In this document: positions 39,394 to 49,338 of the stretch, piece after piece
How the letters are laid out: each line of letters begins with the position of its first letter
Numbering within the stretch: position 1 is the first letter of the stretch
Origin: an uncultured Elusimicrobia bacterium
Lineage (GTDB): Bacteria; RUG730
DNA length: 63,916 nucleotides
NCBI GenBank assembly: GCA_900321865.1
Contig: ONXP01000003.1
Span: 1-63,916, forward strand
Reading direction: 5' to 3'
The notes under the pieces: model-generated
Database searches by the model: none
Told to the model about the DNA's origin: nothing
What the model saw: only the letters and a program-made list of their open reading frames with translations
Translations under genes and position numbers: made by a program

Positions 39394-40368
39394 ATGAAAA
39401 AAAATACTATTTTGACAATATTTTCTATAGTTTGTATTTTTTCTACTAATGTTTTATTTGGAGCAGATAAGTTTACGAATAAAATTTTGGCAAAGGTAGG
39501 AAAAGAGACAATCCTCTTGACGGAATTTAATGATTTAACTCTTCCTATTATAGAACAATATAAAAAAGAAAGACCTGATCTTTTAGCAAATGGTGGAGAA
39601 GAAAAATTAAAAGAAGATATGCTAAATCAGATGATTGATGAAAGAGTTTTACTTTTAGAAGCAAGAAAAAATAAAGTATCAGTTACAAAAGTTGCGATAG
39701 ATAAAGCAGTCAATGAAATAAAAGATAGATTTAAAACAGAAGATGAGTTTCAGGCAGAGTTAAAAAAAAGTAATTTAAAAGAAGTTGATTTTAGAAAACA
39801 GATAGAAAAAAATTTAATGATTTCAAGTTTTATTGATAATTTTGTAAAGAGTAAAGTTGTTGCCCCTACAGATGAGGAGGCAAAAAAATATTATAATGAG
39901 CATCCTAGTGAAATGATAGTTCCAGAAACTGTTAGAGTAAGGCATATTTTGATGAAAACAGTAGGAAAGAAAAATTTAGATGTGTTAAACAAAATGAGAG
40001 AGCTTAGAGCAAAAATCGTAAAAGATAAAACCAAATTTTTTAGTGATTATGCTATGGAATATTCAGAAGATGAAACTACTAAAGAAAATGGAGGAGACAC
40101 TGGGCTTTTTACTAGAGGAAGAATGGAATTAAAGGCATTTGAAGATAAGGCTTTTTCTTTAAATGTTGGACAGATTAGTGATGTTTTTGAAACAAAATTA
40201 GGGTATCATATAATGAAATGTGAAGAGAAAAAAGCAGAAGAAAAGAGAAGTTTTAACAATGCTAAAAATTCTATAAAGGGTTTTTTGTATAATGTAAAAA
40301 TCGATGAAGAATTAAAAAAAGTTTTAGAAAATGCTAAGAAAAATATAGAGATTGTAAAAAATATATAA
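39394..40368 (+). CDS. Parvulin-type peptidyl-prolyl isomerase (SurA-like), secreted
   Basis: Signal peptide; RVRHILMK...GGDTGLFTRG...LGYHIMK parvulin motifs. Confidence 0.7.
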   Translation: MKKNTILTIFSIVCIFSTNVLFGADKFTNKILAKVGKETILLTEFNDLTLPIIEQYKKERPDLLANGGEEKLKEDMLNQMIDERVLLLEARKNKVSVTKVAIDKAVNEIKDRFKTEDEFQAELKKSNLKEVDFRKQIEKNLMISSFIDNFVKSKVVAPTDEEAKKYYNEHPSEMIVPETVRVRHILMKTVGKKNLDVLNKMRELRAKIVKDKTKFFSDYAMEYSEDETTKENGGDTGLFTRGRMELKAFEDKAFSLNVGQISDVFETKLGYHIMKCEEKKAEEKRSFNNAKNSIKGFLYNVKIDEELKKVLENAKKNIEIVKNI

Positions 40369-40396
40369 AATAAATTAAAAGGGCATAAATTGACTT

Positions 40397-41242
40397 TTGA
40401 AAAAAGATAAGACTGAAAAAGAAAAATTTTATTTTTTAGCTATAATAAGAAAAATAAAGACTTCTGTTTATGTTTTTACGGACAATGTTAATTTTAAGTT
40501 AAAAGTTTCTGATAAAGTTATAATTCAAATAGATGGTAAATATGAAGTTGGTATTTTGGCAGAGAAAATTATAGCTTTTGACGAACAAAGTGATTTAAAA
40601 ACTAAAAAATTATATAAAATTATTAGAAAATGCACCGACAAAGATATTGAAATTATAAAAAATAATTCCATTCAAGCAAAAATGATAATGGAAAAATGTA
40701 ATAGTGTGATTGTCACTCATAATATGAAATCTGTTATGAAAATCACGGATATTGAATTAGTATTTAGTGGAGATAAATTTATAATTTATTATACATCAGA
40801 AGATAGAGTAGATTTTAGAGAACTTTTAAAAAGTTTAAATAAAATTTTGATGGTAAAAGTTCAAATGGTTCAGATAGGTGTGAGAGACGAAGTAAAAATA
40901 AAAGGAAGTCTGGGGCAATGTGGGAATGTTGTTTGTTGTAAAAGATTTTTAAATAAAATAAAGCCAGTCGTCGTAAATACTATAAAAGAGCAAGAACTTT
41001 TTATAAGATCTAACAAAATTTCTGGAGTTTGTCAGAGATTGATGTGTTGTATTGAATTTGAAAGTGAAACATATAGAGATTTAATATCCAGAATGCCAAG
41101 TTGTGGTATGCAGTGTGAAACACCTTATGGGAAGGGAAAAGTTGAAGCTAGAAGGCTTTTAAAGGAAGAAGTAGATGTTGAGTTAGAGGATGGAACTAAA
41201 AAGACATTAAACCTAAAAGATATTAAATTTGACAAAAAATAA
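40397..41242 (+). CDS. PSP1 C-terminal domain protein (RicT/YaaT-like)
   Basis: KVQMVQIGVRDEVKIKGSLGQCGNVVCCKRFL and SGVCQRLMCC are the conserved PSP1 cysteine motifs. TTG start. Confidence 0.7.
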   Translation: MKKDKTEKEKFYFLAIIRKIKTSVYVFTDNVNFKLKVSDKVIIQIDGKYEVGILAEKIIAFDEQSDLKTKKLYKIIRKCTDKDIEIIKNNSIQAKMIMEKCNSVIVTHNMKSVMKITDIELVFSGDKFIIYYTSEDRVDFRELLKSLNKILMVKVQMVQIGVRDEVKIKGSLGQCGNVVCCKRFLNKIKPVVVNTIKEQELFIRSNKISGVCQRLMCCIEFESETYRDLISRMPSCGMQCETPYGKGKVEARRLLKEEVDVELEDGTKKTLNLKDIKFDKK

Positions 41243-41278
41243 AAATCTATAATTTTCATTTTCATATAGGATCTTTAT

Positions 41279-42682
41279 ATGAACGATACAAAAAATTCTT
41301 TTAATATGGTTTCTTTGTTTTTACCTGATATTAAGGATATGATAGACAGAGGGAAATTTTTGGAGCTTCGGGAGCTTTTGACTAAAATTCACTCTGTAGA
41401 TATAGCTGATAAGTTTGTAGAGTTTTCAGATAAAGAAAAAATTATAGTTTTTAGACTTTTAAAAAAGGATAAATCCATAGAAGTTTTTGAAAATTTATCT
41501 TTTGACGAACAAAATTTTCTATTAAAAAATTTAAAAGTCATAGAAATTTCAAATATTCTAAACGATATGTCCAGTGATGAAAGAGTAGATCTTTTTCAAG
41601 AATTATCTAGTGAGGACATGGACAAACTTTTTCTTTTGATGAAAAAAGAAGAAGTTGATAATGTAAAATCCCTTTTGGATTATCCAGAAGGGACAGCGGG
41701 GAGCCTTATGACAACTGATTTTGTAAAAATGTCTCCTGAATTAACCACTAGAGAAGCCTTGATAAAACTTCAAGATGATCTAGAAGAAGGCTCGTCAGAA
41801 CATGTTTATTCTAGTTATATATGCGACGAAAACTCTATTCTTTTGGGGGCTGTAGATCTTCAGCAATTAGTAAAAAGCTCTTCAAAATTAAAATTATCTG
41901 AAATAATGACAGATGTCTCTAATATAAAAGTCAATGCATTTGTTGAAGCAAAATTGGTTGCAGATATATTTGTAAAGTATGATATTTTGAGCATTCCTGT
42001 CGTATCTGATGAAAATAAAATGTTAGGAATGATAGTTTTTGATGATATAGTTGATTTAATACAAGAAGATAATACAAAAGAAATTTATGAATTAGGTAAA
42101 ATGTATATTGATGATGGAGAAGAAATTAAATATTCTAACTCCAATAGTTTTGATTTAATTAGACGAAGATTTGCTTGGCTTTTATTTTTACTTGTTTTTG
42201 ATTTTTTTACTGCTACAGTTTTAAAAAAATATGAGTTTGCAATAAATAAAGTTGTAGCTTTGTCATTTTTTATTCCTATGCTTTTGGATACTGGTGGGAA
42301 TGCAGGTGCACAGGTTTCGGTTAGTATAATTAGAGGGTTTGCGACTGGGGATGTGACTTTTGATAATTTTTTTAGTATAGCGAAAAAAGAAATTTTATCG
42401 GCTTTTATAATGAGTATTTTTATAGGAATTGTGGCATTTATTAGAGCATATCTTTTGCAAAGAAATATTTTGATGTCGTTTGTTATAGGTTTTACTATGC
42501 TTTGTGTTGTGATTTTAGCATCTATAACAGGAATGGTACTTCCGGCATTGTCAAAAAAGATAGGGCTAGATCCAGCAGTTTTAGCAGGACCGATTACGAC
42601 TAGTATAGTAGATATTATAGGCTTAATTATTTATTTTAATGTAGCTTTAGTTTTTTTGCCTAGTTTGAAAGGTTTATTTTAA
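41279..42682 (+). CDS. mgtE: Magnesium transporter MgtE
   Basis: N-terminal domain plus tandem CBS. The TM domain has LLDTGGNAGAQ. Confidence 0.9.
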   Translation: MNDTKNSFNMVSLFLPDIKDMIDRGKFLELRELLTKIHSVDIADKFVEFSDKEKIIVFRLLKKDKSIEVFENLSFDEQNFLLKNLKVIEISNILNDMSSDERVDLFQELSSEDMDKLFLLMKKEEVDNVKSLLDYPEGTAGSLMTTDFVKMSPELTTREALIKLQDDLEEGSSEHVYSSYICDENSILLGAVDLQQLVKSSSKLKLSEIMTDVSNIKVNAFVEAKLVADIFVKYDILSIPVVSDENKMLGMIVFDDIVDLIQEDNTKEIYELGKMYIDDGEEIKYSNSNSFDLIRRRFAWLLFLLVFDFFTATVLKKYEFAINKVVALSFFIPMLLDTGGNAGAQVSVSIIRGFATGDVTFDNFFSIAKKEILSAFIMSIFIGIVAFIRAYLLQRNILMSFVIGFTMLCVVILASITGMVLPALSKKIGLDPAVLAGPITTSIVDIIGLIIYFNVALVFLPSLKGLF

Positions 42683-43764
42683 TGAAAACAAGAGTTTTTA
42701 TTTTTTTGTATTGTTTATGTTTTTTTTCTACATTATTTTCAATTGACAAACCTAGATTTATCAGAGGAATTCATATAATGCCATGGTGCATAAATTCTCA
42801 AAAATTGATAGAACAATATAAATTTTTAGCAGAATTTACAGAAATTAACACTTTTGTTATAACAATTAAGGAAATAAATAGTGATGTATATATTGACGGA
42901 TCTAACAAGTCAAAACAGATAGGAGCTTATAAAAAAACATTAAATATTAAAAAGTTTATAGATTATTTACATGAAAAAAATATTTATGTTGTTGCAAGGC
43001 TTAGTGTGTTTCTAGATCCAAAGTTTTCGGATAATTTTAATGATGCATCAATAAAAAGTTTAGATGGCACGGTTTGGCGAGATTATAAAGGGAATTCTTG
43101 GTGTGATCCAGAATCAAAGGAAGTTTGGGAATATAATTTTAGTATAGTTGATAAATGTATAGAGATGGGATTTGATGAAATTCAGTTTGATTATATTAGG
43201 TATCCATCGGATGGAAATTTAAAAAATTTGCTTTATTATAATAATTCTATGAAAAAAGACAATAATATACTTTCTTTTGTGAAAGAAATAAATCTAAAAT
43301 ATTCAAAAAAAATAAATATAGGAATAGATGTTTTTGGATTAAGTATTACTTCAATGGATGGGCTTGGAATAGGTCAAAATATTTTGAAGTTAATTCCATA
43401 TGTAGACAGAGTATATCCTATGGTATATCCTTCTCATTATGCAAAAGGAACCTATGGGGTTAAGTATCCTAATAGAGATGTTTATGATTTGATTAATAAA
43501 GCTATTATAATTAGCAAAAAGAAATTAGACAAAAATTTTAATAAAGTGGTTCCATATATTCAGGCTTTTGATTTATATAGGAAATATACAAAAGATGATA
43601 TTTTAGATGAAATTCAGGCTCTTTATGACAATGATGTGGGAGAATGGATTTTATGGCATCCTGTTGGTAAATATGATTCAAAAATTTTTCAGTCAAAATT
43701 TATGTCTGATAGATTTATAAATATGAGGATGGATATTTTAGAATTATCAGATTATAAAGTATAA
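42682..43764 (+). CDS. Putative glycoside hydrolase-like family 10 (GHL10/YngK-like) secreted protein
   Basis: Signal peptide. GFDEIQFDYIRYPSDG matches the GHL10 GfD.vhlDyiRyP motif. Confidence 0.5.
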   Translation: MKTRVFIFLYCLCFFSTLFSIDKPRFIRGIHIMPWCINSQKLIEQYKFLAEFTEINTFVITIKEINSDVYIDGSNKSKQIGAYKKTLNIKKFIDYLHEKNIYVVARLSVFLDPKFSDNFNDASIKSLDGTVWRDYKGNSWCDPESKEVWEYNFSIVDKCIEMGFDEIQFDYIRYPSDGNLKNLLYYNNSMKKDNNILSFVKEINLKYSKKINIGIDVFGLSITSMDGLGIGQNILKLIPYVDRVYPMVYPSHYAKGTYGVKYPNRDVYDLINKAIIISKKKLDKNFNKVVPYIQAFDLYRKYTKDDILDEIQALYDNDVGEWILWHPVGKYDSKIFQSKFMSDRFINMRMDILELSDYKV

Positions 43765-43774
43765 AGGATTTTTT

Positions 43775-45508
43775 ATGGATATAAGTATTTTGAGGCATTC
43801 AGCTTCGCATTTAATGGCAATGGCAATAAAAAGGCTTTTTAAAGAAGTGCATTTTGGGATAGGACCGGCTATAGATGATGGATTTTATTATGATATAGAT
43901 TTGGATAAAAGATTAGAACCAGAAGATTTGATAAAAATAGAAGAAGAAATGAAAAAAATAGTCAAAGAGGGATTACCTTTTGAAAGGATAGAAATCACAA
44001 GAGATGAAGCTGAAAAATTTTTTTTAGAAAAGAATGAAAATTTTAAGGTAGAAATTATAAGAGACTTGCCTAGTGATGTAAAAATTGTTTCTTTATACAG
44101 AAATGGAGATTTTGTTGATCTTTGCCGTGGTCCTCATGTTGACAATACAAAAGACATAAAATATTTTAAACTTTTGAATTTAGCAGGGGCATATTGGCGA
44201 GGAAATGAAAAGAATAAAATGCTACAGAGAATTTATGGGACAGCTTTTTTTAAAAAAGAAGATTTGGATGAATATTTAAAATTTTTAGAAGATGTAAAAA
44301 CTAGAGATCATAGAATACTGGGAAAAGATTTAAAACTTTTTAGTACTAGTGAGGATATAGGACCAGGTTTAATTTTGTGGCATCCAAAAGGTAGCATCAT
44401 AAGGCATATTATAGAAACATTTTGGAAGGAAAAACATTTTGAATCTGGGTATGAGCTTTTATATACTCCTCATATAGGTAGAGCTTTTTTGTGGGAAACT
44501 AGTGGACATTTAGGTTTTTATAATGAAAATATGTATGCTCCAATAAATATTGACGATCAAAATTTTTATATTAAGCCAATGAATTGTCCTTTTCATATTT
44601 TGGTTTATAAAAATTCACTTCATTCGTATAAAGAACTTCCGATTAGATATGCAGAGTTGGGGACGGTTTATAGATATGAGAGATCTGGAGTTTTGCATGG
44701 ACTTATGAGGGTAAGAGGTTTTACCCAAGATGATGCTCATATCATTTGTAAAAAAGAAGAAGTAAAAGATGAAATCAAAAGAGTTATTGATTTTTGTCTA
44801 TTTATGTTAAAAACGTTTGGGTTTAGTGAGTATAAAATCTTTTTGTCAACTCGTCCAAAAGAAAAATATGTAGGGAGCCTTGAAGATTGGCAATTAGCAG
44901 AGGAATCTTTGGAAGATGCGATAAAATCTAGCGGATATGAATATGACATCGATGACGGAGGAGGAGCATTTTATGGCCCAAAAATAGACATAAAAATAAA
45001 AGATGCTTTAAAAAGAGATTGGCAATGTTCTACTATACAGTTTGATTTTAATTTGCCAGAAAGGTTTGATATGTCTTATATAGGTAGCGATGGTGAAAAA
45101 CATAGACCTTATATGATACATAGGGCTTTATTAGGATCTATAGAGAGATTTTTTGGAGTTTTAATAGAGCATTATAAGGGAGCATTTCCTGTTTGGCTTA
45201 GCCCAGAAGAAGTAAGAATTTTAACGATTAATGAAAATCACGAAAAATATGCAAACGAAATATTTGAAAACTTAAAAAATAAAAAATTAAGAGTGAAGAA
45301 AGATTTTACAAATGAAAAATTGTCGAAAAAAATACGGGATGCACAACTTGAAAAAGTTCCATATATGATAATTATAGGCGATAAAGAAATTGAACATAAC
45401 ACTATTTCTATTAGAACTAGGCAAAATAAAAATTTAGACATAAAAAATGTAGATGATTTCTTAAAGTATATTTTGGAAAAAGTAGAAAATAAAGACATTG
45501 AAATTTAA
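43775..45508 (+). CDS. thrS: Threonyl-tRNA synthetase lacking the N-terminal TGS domain (577 aa)
   Basis: Starts at the editing-domain HSASHLMAMAIKRL (HxxxH). Class II motifs FRYERSGVLHGLMRVRGFTQDDAHI and the C-terminal anticodon-binding domain are present. Confidence 0.95.
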   Translation: MDISILRHSASHLMAMAIKRLFKEVHFGIGPAIDDGFYYDIDLDKRLEPEDLIKIEEEMKKIVKEGLPFERIEITRDEAEKFFLEKNENFKVEIIRDLPSDVKIVSLYRNGDFVDLCRGPHVDNTKDIKYFKLLNLAGAYWRGNEKNKMLQRIYGTAFFKKEDLDEYLKFLEDVKTRDHRILGKDLKLFSTSEDIGPGLILWHPKGSIIRHIIETFWKEKHFESGYELLYTPHIGRAFLWETSGHLGFYNENMYAPINIDDQNFYIKPMNCPFHILVYKNSLHSYKELPIRYAELGTVYRYERSGVLHGLMRVRGFTQDDAHIICKKEEVKDEIKRVIDFCLFMLKTFGFSEYKIFLSTRPKEKYVGSLEDWQLAEESLEDAIKSSGYEYDIDDGGGAFYGPKIDIKIKDALKRDWQCSTIQFDFNLPERFDMSYIGSDGEKHRPYMIHRALLGSIERFFGVLIEHYKGAFPVWLSPEEVRILTINENHEKYANEIFENLKNKKLRVKKDFTNEKLSKKIRDAQLEKVPYMIIIGDKEIEHNTISIRTRQNKNLDIKNVDDFLKYILEKVENKDIEI

Positions 45509-45517
45509 GAGGAAAAA

Positions 45518-46495
45518 ATGGTTAAAGCAAAAATAACTTCTCTAGGGCATTATGTTCCAGAAAAAATTTTAACAAATTTTGATTTAGAAAAAATGGTAGA
45601 GACTAGCGATGAATGGATAGTAAAAAGAACTGGAATAAAAGAAAGGCATATTGCGGAAAAAAATGAATATGCATCTACTATGGGTGTAAAAGCAGCGAAA
45701 TTGGCTATAGAAAGAGCTGGGATTTCTCCATTAGATATAGATATTATAATATGTGCTACAATTACCGGAGATTATGTGACTCCTTCGACGGCTTGTATAA
45801 TTCAGTCAGAAATAGGGGCGGAAAAAGCTTTTAGTTTTGATATTTCGGTTGCTTGTTCTGGGTTTTTGTATGCTATTAGTATTGCAGAAAAATTTATTTT
45901 AGAGGATCCTAGTAAAAAAATTTTAGTAGTGGCTGTTGAAAAATTATCCAGTATAACGAATTGGCAAGATAGATCTACATGTGTATTATTTGGCGATGGA
46001 GCAGGAGCTGCGATATTAGAATCTGATGAAAATAGTGGTATTTGTAAAACATTCTTAAAAAGTGATGGAAGGCTTTATGATTATTTGATGGTCGCTTTGG
46101 GGGGATCTCATGAGCCTCTTGATATAAATAATATTAATAGCCCCTTAAGATATCTTACAATGCAAGGCAATGCAGTTTTTAAACATGCAGTGAATAAAAT
46201 GCTAGAATCTATAGAAAAAGTGATGGAATTATCTTTTTGGAAAAAAGAAGATTTAAAAATGGTTTTTACACATCAGGCAAATATCAGAATAATAGAATCT
46301 ATTAGAAAAAGTTTAGATCTAGAAGAAGAAAAAGTTTTTATAAATTTAGAAAAATATGGCAATACCAGTGCCGCAACTCTTCCTATAGCCTTGGACGAAG
46401 CCGTTCAGAAAGGTCTTTTGAAAAGAGGCGATAAAATAATTTTATCCAGTTTTGGAGGCGGATTTACCTGGGGTGCAATTAGTATTGTTTGGTAA
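45518..46495 (+). CDS. fabH: 3-oxoacyl-ACP synthase III
   Basis: 325 aa. Active-site ACSGFLYA (Cys) and NTSAATLPIALDEA; C-terminal GGGFTWGA. Confidence 0.9.
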   Translation: MVKAKITSLGHYVPEKILTNFDLEKMVETSDEWIVKRTGIKERHIAEKNEYASTMGVKAAKLAIERAGISPLDIDIIICATITGDYVTPSTACIIQSEIGAEKAFSFDISVACSGFLYAISIAEKFILEDPSKKILVVAVEKLSSITNWQDRSTCVLFGDGAGAAILESDENSGICKTFLKSDGRLYDYLMVALGGSHEPLDINNINSPLRYLTMQGNAVFKHAVNKMLESIEKVMELSFWKKEDLKMVFTHQANIRIIESIRKSLDLEEEKVFINLEKYGNTSAATLPIALDEAVQKGLLKRGDKIILSSFGGGFTWGAISIVW

Positions 46496-46496
46496 A

Positions 46497-47168
46497 ATGA
46501 TAGAAAAAATATTAAATCATAAAAAATTTAAAGAAATTTTGACAGATTTAAATCTTTTAGATAAAGAGCAAATTTTGAGGGAAAAGTTTTTGAGAATTGA
46601 TTCTGATTTTTTGAAAACAGATAAAGAAGTAGAAAAGGAAAATCAAAATATAGAAAATTCAGAAAATGCTGAAAAAATAGAAAATTTTGATTTTAAGGTA
46701 ATTAATATTTTTACAGACGGAGCATCTAGCGGGAATCCAGGCAAGGCAGGAGCAGGATGCATTTTTTTTGATAAAAATTACAAAGAATTTTTTAGAGAAA
46801 ATATGAATCTAGGAATAAATACTAATAACTATGCAGAATATAATGCTATTCTTTTAGCAGTTAAAAATTTAGAAAATTTTAAAAATGAGAATGTTTTTGA
46901 AAATTTTAATATAAAATTTTGTGATATAAAATTTAATTTTTTTTCTGACTCGGAACTTATGGTAAAGCAATTGACTAGAAAATATAAAATTTCTAATACT
47001 AATTTGAAAATTTTAGCCGAAAAATTTTTTGAAAAAACTAAAAATTTAGGGATTAATTATAGTATTTTTCATATTCCTAGAGAAAAAAATAGTTTAGCAG
47101 ATTCTATTGCAACTTTTGCAAAAGAGAATAAAATAATTAAATTTAATAAAATAAGGCAAAATAGATAG
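46497..47168 (+). CDS. rnhA: Ribonuclease HI-like protein with N-terminal extension
   Basis: IFTDGASSGNPGKAGAGC (catalytic Asp), YAEYNAILLAV (Glu) and FSDSELMV (Asp) are present. Start set at ATG 46497 just after the fabH stop. Confidence 0.75.
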   Translation: MIEKILNHKKFKEILTDLNLLDKEQILREKFLRIDSDFLKTDKEVEKENQNIENSENAEKIENFDFKVINIFTDGASSGNPGKAGAGCIFFDKNYKEFFRENMNLGINTNNYAEYNAILLAVKNLENFKNENVFENFNIKFCDIKFNFFSDSELMVKQLTRKYKISNTNLKILAEKFFEKTKNLGINYSIFHIPREKNSLADSIATFAKENKIIKFNKIRQNR

Positions 47169-47558
47169 TCGCTTTTTTAAAATTTTTTAAAAAAGAGGAA
47201 AGTCCGAACACCATACAGCAAGATACTTTTCGAAAGGAAAGACACATATAGTGCAAATTATATGTGATAGATAGTGTAGCAGAAAATAAACCGCCAAAAT
47301 TTATTTTTAAAAATAAAAAATAATTTTGGTAAGGGTGAAAAAGTGAGGTAAGAGCTCACTATTTATTTTAGTGATAAAATGAATTGACAAACCTTATCTG
47401 GTGCAACTTCAAGTATAGTCCTATAAAAGGTCCGCTGGGCTTCTAAGGACGGGGTAGAAGGCACGAGCATTTTTGCCGCGGTTATTTTTATAACTAGAGA
47501 TAGATGACTATCGCTTTATATTTTTATAAAGAACAGAATTCGGCTTATTTTTTGCCTT
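47152..47558 (+). ncRNA. rnpB: RNase P RNA (bacterial type A)
   Basis: GAGGAAAGUCCGaaCa (P4 5' strand), UAGUGUAGCAGAAAAUAAACCGCC (J11/12), GGUAAGGGUGAAAaaGUGaGGUAAGAGCuCAC and ACAGAAUUCGGCUUA (P4 3' strand) are all present. P1 pairs aaggcaaaa with ttttgcctt. P2 pairs gatagtc with gactatc. P3 is an AU hairpin. Confidence 0.85.
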
Positions 47559-47570
47559 ATTTTAAAGGTT

Positions 47571-48218
47571 TTGAAAGTGCTAAAAATTTTTAAAATTATC
47601 AATGAAGAAATTGAAAACATTTTTGATAAAGATCCAGCTGTAAAATCAAAATTAGAAGTTATTTTATGTTATCCTGGATTTCAGGCGATAATGTTGCATA
47701 GAATTTCACATTTTTTTTATAGAAAAAAATTTTTTGTATTTGCTAGAATTATTTCTCATATTTCTAGGTTTTTTACAGGAATAGAAATACATCCAGGGGC
47801 TAAAATAGGCAAAAAAGTTTTTATCGATCACGGGATGGGTGTTGTAATAGGAGAAACTGCAATCGTAGGAAATGGTTGCCTTTTATATAAAGGTGCTGTT
47901 CTAGGAGGTGTAAGTCTATCAAAAGGAAAAAGACATCCGACATTAGGAGAAAATGTTGTAGTAGGGACTAATGCCATAGTCTTAGGGAATATCAAAATAG
48001 GAAATAATGCAAAAATTGCAGCAGGTTCTGTAGTATTAAAAAATGTACCACACCATGCTACAGTCGTTGGGATTCCTGGGAAAATTGTCAAAACAAAGTC
48101 TTATCGTTCTATTTTGGAACATAATATAGTTCCAGATCCTTTTTCACATGTAATTCATCATATTTTAAATGAAATAAAAGAACTAAAAGAAGAAATCAAA
48201 ATATCTAAAAAAAAGTAA
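47571..48218 (+). CDS. cysE: Serine O-acetyltransferase (TTG start)
   Basis: CYPGFQAIMLHRISHFF, GIEIHPGAKIGKKVFIDHGMGVVIGETAIVGN, hexapeptide repeats. Confidence 0.85.
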   Translation: MKVLKIFKIINEEIENIFDKDPAVKSKLEVILCYPGFQAIMLHRISHFFYRKKFFVFARIISHISRFFTGIEIHPGAKIGKKVFIDHGMGVVIGETAIVGNGCLLYKGAVLGGVSLSKGKRHPTLGENVVVGTNAIVLGNIKIGNNAKIAAGSVVLKNVPHHATVVGIPGKIVKTKSYRSILEHNIVPDPFSHVIHHILNEIKELKEEIKISKKK

Positions 48219-48300
48219 AGAAAATCAACATTCAAAATGTCAGATTTTTTGATAAGAAAAATTTAATTTTTCAATTTTTTATATGGTTTATTAAAACTTT

Positions 48301-49230
48301 TTATTTTTTATTTTTTCCGTCAATATCTACGACTACACCAGATGCAGTCAATGGAACATATAAAGGAACTTTTCTGCCGTCCCATCTTTTGGCTTTTTCT
48401 AATTCTATTTCTAATTCTTTTAATTTTATTTCTGTATTGTAATTTTTTGATATTTGGTTGTTATAATAAAGGATAGAATCTGCTTCTATTCTTTTAGCCT
48501 CAGCTTTTGCTTCTGCTTTTACTTTTATGGCATTTGCATTTAGCTCTTCTACTCTTAGAGCTGCTTCAGCTTCTTTTACTCTTTTTAAAGTTTCTTGCTC
48601 TCTTAGGGCGACTTCTTGTTTCATCCTTTCTACTTCTTGTTTACGTTCCATAGTTTTTTGAATCATATTGTCAAAAGAATCAGACCAATCAATGTCATTT
48701 AAATTTACATCTATGATTTTTATCGGAATTTCTTTTAATCTACCCTTCATTTTTTCTAAAATATTTTTAGACATAGTTGTAATATTCATTACTATTTCTT
48801 CCGAAGTCAATTTGCCTATTTCGTCTTTTAAAATTTCTTCTAAAGTCAAATCAATTCTTTTTTCTATGATTAAAGTATTATTATATTCTCTGATTATGTC
48901 TATTAAATATTCAGTATTATATTGCCAATATATAGAAAGATTACAACCTAAAGTTTGCATATCTTTGGTTATGGCTCCATTGGAATTTACCCCGTAGGAA
49001 GTTTTGTGTAAAATTGGGGTAGAGCTTATTTTTTCAATTTTTTGAACAAATGGAATTTTAAATCTCATTCCAGGCAACAAAATATTATTGCCTGGCTTTC
49101 CAAAAGTTAATAAAACTCCTCTATAAGAGGCTCCTATTACTTCAAAACTATTAGCTAAAAATATAACTATAAACAATAAAAAAATTAATCTAACAAAAGA
49201 TTTTTTAATAAATTTTATAAAATTTTCCAT
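48301..49230 (-). CDS. SPFH/band-7 (prohibitin/HflK-like) membrane protein
   Basis: N-terminal TM, SYRGVLLTFGKPG...PGMRFKIPFVQKI is the SPFH domain. A coiled-coil C-terminus follows. Confidence 0.8.
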   Translation of the reverse strand: MENFIKFIKKSFVRLIFLLFIVIFLANSFEVIGASYRGVLLTFGKPGNNILLPGMRFKIPFVQKIEKISSTPILHKTSYGVNSNGAITKDMQTLGCNLSIYWQYNTEYLIDIIREYNNTLIIEKRIDLTLEEILKDEIGKLTSEEIVMNITTMSKNILEKMKGRLKEIPIKIIDVNLNDIDWSDSFDNMIQKTMERKQEVERMKQEVALREQETLKRVKEAEAALRVEELNANAIKVKAEAKAEAKRIEADSILYYNNQISKNYNTEIKLKELEIELEKAKRWDGRKVPLYVPLTASGVVVDIDGKNKK

Positions 49231-49338
49231 AAAAAGTTCCTATTTTTTTAATATGAATTTTCAATAATAATAAAAAATGTTTGTAAAATCAATTGTAAAT
49301 TAAAATTTTTAATTATTTATTGTTATAAAAATAAAAAT

